From Salisapilia sapeloensis CBS 127946 (taxonomy: Eukaryota > Protista > Oomycota), in contig JAADVB010000042.1 in the NCBI GenBank assembly GCA_023334545.1, forward strand, positions 35,489 through 99,488: a stretch of DNA of 64,000 bases, in the 5' to 3' direction. Numbering within the stretch: position 1 is the first letter of the stretch; each line of letters opens with the position of its first letter. The notes below the pieces were generated by a model, which saw only the letters and a program-made list of their open reading frames with translations, was not told where the DNA came from and ran no database searches. The position numbers and the translations under genes were made by a program. Of the stretch, positions 37,549-46,639 are shown piece after piece.

Positions 37549-38996
37549 CTAGAACATGGACACTGCCGAGCAATGGTCGACATTCTCTGGCACTGGATCC
37601 AATACATGGAACCGATTAAAGTCGATGACCACGCCTTTATCTGTTTTCTGGACGCAATTCTGGAACGTCGAGTCCCATGCAATGTCCTGCTCTGCATATG
37701 AATGTCTCGCTTGCGTCGTGCTACTCGTGCTACAATCAATTCCTTCCAAAATTGCTACTACTTCCACTTCAGACTGTCGTAGATGGTTTACAATCTGTCT
37801 TCTCGTTGGCTCTTGGAATGGCTTTTGCTCCGAATGACCTTCTCGATTGCCATTCTCCAAGTCCACTTGCCGCTGCTTTGGATCCGGATACGCTGGCGTG
37901 AACGACTGGTACTGTCCTTCGTCTTGCTTTGGTGGAAGACACTCGGGCGGGAAGAGTGGACTCCATGGATCGATCCGATGGACGATCACTTGGGGTAAAG
38001 CCATGAGCAACGTCGCTCCGAGTTCGTCATCTGGCTGCTGAATACGCATCTGATGGCACTGGAAGAGACGCTCTGGGTTTGTGTATGAAGTCGAGACGGA
38101 GTTGTAGTCGTGTCGGACAGCATAGAGGCGAATGTGGGCTTCGACTAGCTGATGCTTCCGACGTTCACAGACTTGGAACATGAGGTAAAAGTGTCCTCGG
38201 ATCTTCCGGATGATCGCGGCGTTGGAGAAGAGGATGGTGTTCGCTCGAGAGTTGGCACGAGAGAAGCGAGCGAAGAAGAGACCAATGCAGATGGAGTCGA
38301 GGAAGATACCAGCAAAGGACTAGGATCTACGTTAGTGTTTTTATAGGGATTTGAGTGAAGAGAAGCTACCTCGAGGGATAAGATGGTTGCCATTTGCAGA
38401 CAATTGCCAAAGAAAATGTCGTCCTGAGGAGCGCTATAGCCGATCGTCATCTAATAGTTGTTTAGACATGTCGATGATAGTAGAAAGATGGAGTGTACGA
38501 TTGTTTGGAGGGAAAAGAGATAAGCCTGCATGTAGTTGGAGAGTCCGACATGACAGTCTTTACTAGCATACGACACACGCATGTAGAGGACGCCAAATCC
38601 CATGATCGTTAACAAGTACTACTCGGGTTTTAGTGACATTCCATCGCGTAAATCATTGCAATGGATGCGTACGATAAAGAAAATGCCAAAGAGGATTTTC
38701 GGTGTGCTCGTGTTCAGGACGGTGTGGAAACTACGAAGAGCATTATTAACGAGTACTAGCGTATCTTCACAAGTGCTAACGTACCTGTCATCATAGTATA
38801 TTTTACGCCAATCGCCACCTTTACGCACGATATTGTATCGTCCTAAGGACTGGCGGAAGCGACCTCGACGGTCGACGAAGCGGGTACGAAGAGGCGCATC
38901 GTGATTCACAATCCCAGAGATCGCTTTATTCTTCGTCGGCGTCCGTACGAGCAGCGGTTGTTCTACATCTAGCGTAATATCCATCGGTCCTTCCAT
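37549..38996 (-). CDS. Inward-rectifier (Kir)-family channel, multi-exon
   Basis: Motifs 'RFVDRRGR', 'FHTVLN', pore 'FSLQTIMTIGYS', TM2 'GIFLDSICIGLFFARFSR', 'ILFSNAAII', 'HQLVEAH', 'EVVAILEG', 'QARHSY' and 'IDFNRFH'. Confidence 0.88.
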
Positions 38997-39203
38997 CCCC
39001 ACGTCGCACTCCACCAATGTACGACAAGCTAGTGGAAGGCGCTATCTACCAGATAGACGCCAAGAGTCGCTGCGACTCGAGTCGTCCTTTGTGATTTGAG
39101 CACGATTGGACAACAAATTGAAGCGAACGAGATCATTTGTTGTTGCTTGAATTGTGTCAGTTAGACCCAAAACTAGTCAAACTATTATCGGAGACACGTA
39201 GCA

Positions 39204-40117
39204 ATGAGCTTCCTCCGTTTGTCGTGCTTGCTGCTACTAGCGCTAGTTTCTTGGTCCTTTGTGCATGCAGAAGAAGCTTCCCCTGTTGCAGAGCCAGAGG
39301 TCCCGCAAGAGGAGGAGCTTAAAGCGCATGTGAGCCACATCCTCGTAGCCTCGGAAGAGGAGGCGGATGACATTTTTGCTCAATTGCAGCAGGAAAAGGT
39401 GCCTCTTGTGCGATTCGGCAAGATAGCAATGGAGATCAGTCTGGATGAAACGACAAAGGCGAAGGGGGGCGACATGGGCTGGCTCACGTACGGCGAAATG
39501 GAGCCGGAAGTCGCGGAAGTCGCGTTCCACGTGCCGTCCTTCCGCCAGGTGCGCAAGGTGAAGAGTGCAAAGGGCTGGCACATACTCTACACTTCCCACT
39601 TTTCCGAAACCGAGGACCCGAGCTCTTGGAGAAATACTGTTCGATCCTTCTTGCTCTGGGCATCACCTGCTATCTCACCCATGATCATCCTGATTGCCAT
39701 GTACTGTGGCACGAGAGCGAGTGAGTCGACTATCAAGTCTGGTAAGAAGGGTCCGAGAGCTAGAGCAAGCCACGTATTGGTGAACAAAGAGGAGGAAGCG
39801 GATGAGGTGCTAAAATTGGTCTCCGAGGCCAGTGATAAGCAGAAAAAGTTGGCCGAGCTGGCGGAAATCAAGAGCAAGTGTCCATCGAGGAAGCGAGGTG
39901 GAGACCTCTCGTGGTTTGGTCGTGGCGAAATGGTCAAGGCCTTTGACAATATCGTCTTTGAGAAGGAAATTGGATCCGTCCACAAGGTCAAGACACAGGT
40001 ATAAAGTTTATTTTTAGATTGGAATGGATAGAAGAGGACTGATCGTGTGTATAGTTTGGCTATCATGTTGTCATGGTCACGGATCGTGCGGATGGAGAAG
40101 AAAAGAAGGAAAAGTAG
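39204..40117 (+). CDS. Signal peptide - parvulin - TM - parvulin protein (PpiC-type PPIase); exons 39204-39998, 40055-40117
   Basis: Two rotamase domains: SHILV...GGDMGW...KGWHI and SHVLV...SKCPS..RGGDLSWF.RG.MV.AF...KTQFGYHVV. A hydrophobic helix lies between them and the protein ends in KKEK. Confidence 0.88.
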
Positions 40118-40152
40118 TTGGGGCTTCTAGCAAAATATCCATCTTGACATTC

Positions 40153-40592
40153 TTACAACTCGATTTTCGTTTCTTGTTCATCTTCGGTATCCCAACGCTC
40201 TGTCACTAGCACTAGATGGCATCCCTCCTAGTGGTTTATTAGCATTTTGTATGTCGTAAGAGTGAAAATTAGACACGTACCTCCATCCCGGCACGTTGGA
40301 GTGTGAACATCTCTTCGTCAAAGATGGCTTTGTCGAGAGGGAGAGGCAGCTCTCCCTTGGTAACAGTGCCCATGCTACCACCCATACGACCTGAGGAGGC
40401 TTTACTCCGCTCGATAGCCATGGCCTGGAAGCGTCGAAGTAGCTCGTTGTCATCTTTTGCACGGCTAAGTCGATGCATCATGCCGTTGCACATGAACTCA
40501 TCCTCGACCAATATGTGATAGACCGTCGCTTGCTGCTCAGCAACGATGCTCTGCATGGCGGTCATCGCCAGTGCGCATAAGAAGACGAACAT
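40153..40592 (-). CDS. Small secretory parvulin-like protein (128 aa); exons 40281-40592, 40153-40227
   Basis: Signal peptide MFVFLCALAMTAMQSIVA, YHILV, GGSMG, LDKAIF and EGCHLV; ends ETKIEL; 53-bp intron. Confidence 0.78.
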
Positions 40593-40727
40593 GACCGTAA
40601 TACGTGTGCGTTTTAACTGTGGACTTGCTATCTTCAGAATTTAAATATCGTATCTCCAAGATAAAAATATATTTGCATTTGGATTTATATCGCATGCATT
40701 CGGAATAGAATTTGATTAGCAGCACGG

Positions 40728-41310
40728 ATGCCGTCTTCATGCTCCGAGGCACCGTCGAAACGATCAAGACGACGGTCCTTGTCTGTGCCAGAGGAAAAAC
40801 GTCGTGCGTGTATTGAACTCCGGCAAAGTGGAGCGTCATGGTCGAAAATTGCGACTGATTTAGGTAGCTTCCTCCTACTGCGTATGCAATCGAGTATGAC
40901 GAACGTCTTCTGTAGGCATCGCTCGCTCCACGGTTCGATGTATCGTGCTCAGATATGACCAGACTGGCAGCACAGAGGACAAGAAACGCAGCGGTAGGCC
41001 GTCTGCGACGAAACCAGAGGAAGATGAGCTCATCGCGAGTCTTGCCATGAGCCACAAGACGCACTCGCGCAACCATCTCATGGCACTCTTAAAGGAGAAA
41101 GGTGTCCAAATCTCCATTGCAACACTCCAGCGTCGTCTCCGGAACTACCATCAGAAGGAGTCTCCACACGAGGGGGAAACGAATTCGTCCGAGCACGTTC
41201 CGTTGCTGGAAGAGTCGAATGAGGCAGCTTCAGGAGACACGGAGCTTCCTCTCCATCTTAGTCAAGACTTATTCTCTCCTTCCGACACGACTGAACACGT
41301 TACAGTATAA
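40728..41310 (+). CDS. Tc1/Tc3-type bipartite HTH DNA-binding protein without catalytic domain; exons 40728-40863, 40916-41310
   Basis: SWSKIATDLGIARSTVRCIVLRY..TGS.EDKKRSGRP...ISIATLQRRL; 52-bp intron inside HTH1; no DDE domain and no TIRs seen. Confidence 0.75.
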
Positions 41311-41346
41311 TACATAAGAACAAGAACGATTTTCAAGGCTTATAAC

Positions 41347-43605
41347 TTAGTCCTCGACTCCTTCATTTTCACGCACGTCCAAGTCGGATGGATCGACCTG
41401 TGTCACTTGCATCAATCGCCTCCTCTCAGCCATCTTCCCATCTCGAACAATGTCCGGCCGGAGTTTATGCAGCACACATCGACGCTGCGTATTTCGTAGT
41501 CGCATCAGCACTGGATGCTCACACATGCCCAAGACTTCGCATACGCTCGTGTTCAGCTCTTCACACGTGACACTCGCCAGTCGCTCGGCCATGCGCTGGC
41601 CTAACTTCTCTGCCCCCTTCTCAGCATTCTCCACGACGGTCGGTTCACATAAGGAGCACAAGGCGATGCTGACGGTGAAGACACCGTCGAGACCCATGAG
41701 GAAGCAGACGTCCCAACAGAGCAAGAGCGTGTCGAAACGGAGTTGCGCGTGCGCGGCCGTGAAGCACACGTCCGAGAAGAGTGTCGGGAACCACTTGTGT
41801 GCTAGCATGCAGACCGGTAGTCCTGCTTCCAGCAACGTCTCAGAAAAGACCGGGAGCTGGACTTGCACGACATCTTCCAGGACAGACCCGACGTCCGACA
41901 AAGACGTGAAGAGATCGGATGGCTGCGTGTCTTGCGGTCGATTGGCAGAGAAAACTTGAGGGAGGATGTGTCGTACGATACCAGCAAAGAAGTTAAACGT
42001 CGGTTCGATGGCATCGTCAAAGGCGTAGAGCAAGAGATACGCGATGCCGTTCATGCCCTGCATGTACACTCGCGTCTTGAGCTCCCACTGCCCCTCTTCC
42101 TTGACATCTATCTGCAGCTTATCTACTGTCTGGGCTACGAATGCATTCAGCACGACTTCTAACGCCTCCAACCTCTTCCGAGTAGCTTCTGGACTAAGAT
42201 CCGGAGCTTCGTGACTGCCTTGGAGCCATCGAGATGTACGTGGAATGTCCTTATCCATCTGCACGCGATCGCTGTGTGGGATCTCTCGACGACTCCACTT
42301 TCGGATCTCGTCCTCTGAGATCGAGTCGAGAGCCCATGCAAACGCTGGTGGCCAGTACTCTGGTCGCAAGTCAGTGTACCGTACGAGTAGCTGCAAGGCT
42401 TCGATGAATCTGCCTTCTTTTTGGAGGAAGAGGAGTAGACCACCGACTTCCGAGCCTTGCATCTCGTCTGAAGACGAGGAAGGACTGTTGTCGGAAGGAT
42501 GGAGGTCTAGGTCTAGCAGGGAAGAGTCATGACGAATGTGACGAGCGCTTTCGTCCAAGAGAGACGAGAGCGAGATTTCACTAGGGAGAGAAGTGTTGAT
42601 CTGAGGCAAGTACAAGGACGTCTGGAGGCTAGTGATCCAGTCGTCTCGGTCGGACGTGGATGGCGTGGTGAAGGTGATGGGAGCGTCGTACACGAGAACG
42701 AAGCTGGATGTAGAAGACGGGAGGACGCTGTCTGGGGTGAGGAAGGATAAGTCGAAGAGCTGGGAGTGGGTGCTTTTCGACTGCGCTTTGCAGAAGAGCT
42801 TGTTTCGGGATAAAACGCCAGTGTATTGCTGTCCATCAATGACGAGGGTATCACGTTTGGAAGGGAAGGTGGCGAATGTGAGTGTGAGTTGAGGCAACGA
42901 GTGCGAGCGTAAGCACGTCAATACTTCCGAGTAGGAAGCAAAGGATGTGATGCGCATGCCGTTCACGCCAACGAGACACGCACCGGCCGTCAAGTACGTG
43001 GAGTCAATAGGCATATCTTCTTGGAGCTCGACGCAGGCCATTCGAGTCATGTCAGTCTCTTTATGTGATAGAGCTCGGATGATTCGCTCCATCTCTTCGT
43101 CGGACGAGATGTGCACTTCCGTTAGTAGGTCCTCTGCTAAGCTCTGGTAAAGAGAAGAGTCATCATCTTCTTCTGTCCAGTCCGAGAGACTGTGTAGGTG
43201 AGCAGTGGATATCTGTTGAGCAAAAAATGTAATCGTGGCGATCCACAAGTCCATCAGTTCCTTGGTCTTGCATGCGTAGATCAACTTGAGAGGCGTTTCG
43301 CTCGTGTGGATGGGATATGCCTCGACCTGAAACGCGAACTGCTTACCTGCTTTTCTAAAAGGTACTGGTTTCACTGGAGGCTTATTGTTGTCGACGCTAT
43401 TGCGATGGAAAGGTCGAATACGATACTGACTGTACAGTGTCATGCCACTGCTGGACCGACTGCGCTGTTTTGGACGAGTTAGCGTCCCACTCGTGAGCTT
43501 GTACTCCTTGAGCACACCATCTCGCTTGGATAGGACAATATATCGCTGGTTCCACGTAAACAACAGTCGACCACGGGCTTTACGAACCCACAGACTGCCT
43601 TCCAT
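41347..43605 (-). CDS. PH-PDZ-PH-TBC Rab GTPase-activating protein (intronless)
   Basis: PH 'EGSLWVRK...WNQRYIVL...DLWIATI', PDZ-like 'LVGVNG', second PH ending 'RDDWITSLQ', TBC arginine finger DKDIPRT and glutamine finger YMQGMN. Confidence 0.87.
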   Translation of the reverse strand: MEGSLWVRKARGRLLFTWNQRYIVLSKRDGVLKEYKLTSGTLTRPKQRSRSSSGMTLYSQYRIRPFHRNSVDNNKPPVKPVPFRKAGKQFAFQVEAYPIHTSETPLKLIYACKTKELMDLWIATITFFAQQISTAHLHSLSDWTEEDDDSSLYQSLAEDLLTEVHISSDEEMERIIRALSHKETDMTRMACVELQEDMPIDSTYLTAGACLVGVNGMRITSFASYSEVLTCLRSHSLPQLTLTFATFPSKRDTLVIDGQQYTGVLSRNKLFCKAQSKSTHSQLFDLSFLTPDSVLPSSTSSFVLVYDAPITFTTPSTSDRDDWITSLQTSLYLPQINTSLPSEISLSSLLDESARHIRHDSSLLDLDLHPSDNSPSSSSDEMQGSEVGGLLLFLQKEGRFIEALQLLVRYTDLRPEYWPPAFAWALDSISEDEIRKWSRREIPHSDRVQMDKDIPRTSRWLQGSHEAPDLSPEATRKRLEALEVVLNAFVAQTVDKLQIDVKEEGQWELKTRVYMQGMNGIAYLLLYAFDDAIEPTFNFFAGIVRHILPQVFSANRPQDTQPSDLFTSLSDVGSVLEDVVQVQLPVFSETLLEAGLPVCMLAHKWFPTLFSDVCFTAAHAQLRFDTLLLCWDVCFLMGLDGVFTVSIALCSLCEPTVVENAEKGAEKLGQRMAERLASVTCEELNTSVCEVLGMCEHPVLMRLRNTQRRCVLHKLRPDIVRDGKMAERRRLMQVTQVDPSDLDVRENEGVED

Positions 43606-44488
43606 GAGTTCTTCGCGTTGGGTGGTCTTGGTATGGTCAAAAGTACTTCTAAGTGTACAGCAAAGACGGAAATGTCTAGCTCGACGACGTATCTCGCCAA
43701 CGGACGAGAGAAATGGTGCTACTGCGCGTTCTGGACAGCACAAGCAGCGGTCGGAAGTGGAGTCCGAATCACCTGATAGTGGATATTTCTGGACGTATAG
43801 CCTGGTGGACTATTATCTATGCACTGCCACAGTCGATACAATGTACTGTGATCCGTTTAGAAGGGCAAGTGTCCGTCGTGTGCCTGATGAGATCTGCTAA
43901 TGCTACTTGCACGAATGAATGCAGGAGCGCGATTGAATATGTTAAATGTACGAAGGAGCTCTTCGATATAAAAGATACGGCTGCGACGCCCCAACAGTTA
44001 CCTTACTTCCATGTTGCTTTACATACGCACAAGACTGTAAGTAGTTTCTACTCGTCGTACAAAGATACTCAAGGGGTATTGCAATGTTGCGTGTGTAGAT
44101 TGTTAAGTAGATGGTAATGTCTACGCCAAGACTGAGAAGCTGCGCAAGGACCGGATCTAAGTCGATCGTTTGTGGGTGTATTTGCTCCCAACTTGAAAAG
44201 CTTCAGACAATTGGACATTTGGCCAGATCTAAGCACTAGAAAAGTATCCAAAGTAGGTGAGAAAACAGAGCTTGCGAAGGCGTGCACATAAGAGTACAGA
44301 GGTTGGCACTAGTAGACAAGGGAGGTGTATGAATACATGTAGTAGAATGGTAGTACAAACTTGTAATTGCATTAGAACGAGAAAGGCAAATGAAAGATGA
44401 AGATAAAGAGCCTTTTAAACTACTCTGTCCAAGTGACAACATATTCACGCACATACATGGTACGGATTCCACCTGGTGGTTGCCAACA

Positions 44489-45331
44489 CTATGGTGTCGT
44501 CTTCCTCTTTTTGCGTCCAACGGCAAGATTATGGCGCTGCATGAAGCGAGAGATCCAGTTGGAGGATGGTACAAATTGCTTGTCTTCGAAAAGCTGGTTG
44601 GCAGCCGTTGCGATCCACTCTTTCGATACCGTACCTGTCTTCTGTCGCTGACGGATAATTGACACGAGTATCTCTTCTTCGTCCGCCATCAGCTTCGGTT
44701 TCCGTCCGCCACCAGAAATCCGAGTTCGTACCTCGTCACCATTCAAGATAAGGTCACGATTTTGCCACCACTTTCGAATACAAGAAGATGGAACGTGTTG
44801 CTGCTTGTCTGCAAAATGCTTATCTGCCCGAGAGGGCATGCCCTCACCTTCGGTCTGTATCCACCGAATGACCTCCTGCTTGAAACTAATTGGCCAGCTA
44901 TGTCTTTTCGTTTTGCTAGAGCTACTTTCATACTTTGTCTGTTGTGTGATAATGGATGCGGAAGCTTCTGACATTGTCTGTATGTCCATCGAAAGCGATG
45001 GGTTGGTAGTCGGTGGGACGTCCGACGTCGATTTGTCGCCAGTAGCAGGTTCGTCGACATGATTGAGCTCTAACCTAGTTGTTTCCGTTGGTGACGGGTC
45101 AGAGATGGCTACAGAAGAGTGTATATTGGACTCAGACAGCATGGAAGCTATCGTGTCATTCGATGGCGCTGGTTTGATATCAGCATCCTTCTGAGTATGA
45201 CGATTGCGAGCCTTGACGAGACTCAATAGATGTTCGAGCGTTTCCTCCAGCGTATCATTGGCATAGGCTTCACCGATCATGGTAGCCATTGCGATGGATG
45301 AAGGAAAGCAGGTGTCCTCCGTCGTGCTCAT
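44489..45331 (-). CDS. pogo-type Brinker + CENP-B/Tc5 HTH DNA-binding protein without DDE domain
   Basis: KRHSWPISFKQEVI...IRKWWQNR (Brinker-like), GGGRKP linker, EEILVSII...FVPSSNWISRFMQRHNL (CENP-B HTH); the stop follows directly. Confidence 0.78.
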   Translation of the reverse strand: MSTTEDTCFPSSIAMATMIGEAYANDTLEETLEHLLSLVKARNRHTQKDADIKPAPSNDTIASMLSESNIHSSVAISDPSPTETTRLELNHVDEPATGDKSTSDVPPTTNPSLSMDIQTMSEASASIITQQTKYESSSSKTKRHSWPISFKQEVIRWIQTEGEGMPSRADKHFADKQQHVPSSCIRKWWQNRDLILNGDEVRTRISGGGRKPKLMADEEEILVSIIRQRQKTGTVSKEWIATAANQLFEDKQFVPSSNWISRFMQRHNLAVGRKKRKTTP

Positions 45332-45463
45332 CACTTGACCTCCAATTTACAAGCCTCTTATCTTTTATTTTGGTTCATACGCTATCGACTGGTCAAATGA
45401 TTCGATGAGGCATACTTTAATCAAGTGACCACACATTAAAGTGGACACCAAACTTGGAAGACG

Positions 45464-46527
45464 ATGGCTCGAGTCGTTTGCATTCTGTCTCCAGCTAAAA
45501 GCCTCGATACTTCGTTGCCAGTGATTAAAAAATGTTCCCAGCCATCTATGCTTGAGAGTGCGGATGAATTGGTATGACTTTTGTTGTAAATGATGTCATT
45601 TAAGACCGCTTTTATGACGATTGGGACCATGATCAGATTGACATTCTTCGCAAGAAGTCTCAGAAGCAAGTCCAGTCTCTCCTTGGCGTTAGTGCCAACC
45701 TAGCTAAACTCAATTACGATCGGTATGGTAACTATTAACACTATTTCTTTAGTACGACCACTTACAAGTATGATTCAATGCTAGCTACCAGAGCTTTATG
45801 AAAAGTGACGAAGCGAAAAAGGTGACAGAGCCGACAGACACGTTCAAACAAGCTGCGTTGGCGTTTGACGGTCCAGCCTTCCAAGGCCTGGAAGCTTCAA
45901 AATGGTCCGATGACGATCTCGAGTATGCTCAAAGCCACTTGCGTATTCTATGTGGCCTATATGGTACGCGCACACATGCTTGATCAAGCACTTCTTGCCT
46001 CATTTATATCTGTAGGAGCGTTGCGTCCATTGGATTTGATCCAGCCATATCGACTAGAGATGGGTCAGAAGCTTGACAATCCCAAGGGCAAGGACCTGTA
46101 CTCTTACTGGGGTTCCTCCATTGCTACTGAAAGCCTTAATCCGCTATTTCGCTCGGGTGACGGCGAGAAAATTATTGTCAATGTCGCGTCCAATGAATAC
46201 TCCAAGAGTGTGGACGAGGAGGCGCTAGCAGACGATATTCGCGTCATTCAATGTGTCTTCCAGGATGGCGGCAAAGTGAAAGCAGCCTATGCCAAGCGAG
46301 CTCGAGGCCTTATGTGCCGTTATATTGTGCAAGGTCGAGTGGAAACCTTGGAAAAGATCAAAGCATTTGACGTCGAAGGGTATGTGTTCCAAGAAGACGC
46401 TTCGGACGATAAAACGCTTGTGTTCAACCGTAGTCCAGATAAGCAAAAGGCAGTGTTAGCAGAGATCCGAGCGAAGCGGAAGCGAGACAAGGAGAGTGGC
46501 ACCTCGAAAAAACAAAAAGTCGAATGA
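45464..46527 (+). CDS. yaaA: YaaA/DUF328 (UPF0246) peroxide-stress DNA-binding protein, spliced
   Basis: [59 protein letters not shown] and AKRARGLM. Confidence 0.9.
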
Positions 46528-46639
46528 GGTTGTTCGAAGGTTGCGTTTTGAATGGTGTTGGATTGGCATAAAATCAATATTTTTAGCCAGTAAAATTTGT
46601 CCACTTTTACTGGCCGTCATACTACCAAGTGACCAAGTG

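Noticed and set aside
43713-44662. ORFs of 70-134 aa between the TBC and pogo-type genes as a possible DDE remnant
   Set aside because: No DDE_1-like motifs recognised in the frames inspected.
40728-45331. Active DNA transposons around the two HTH genes
   Set aside because: No DDE catalytic domain or terminal inverted repeats seen, so they are listed as host CDSs.
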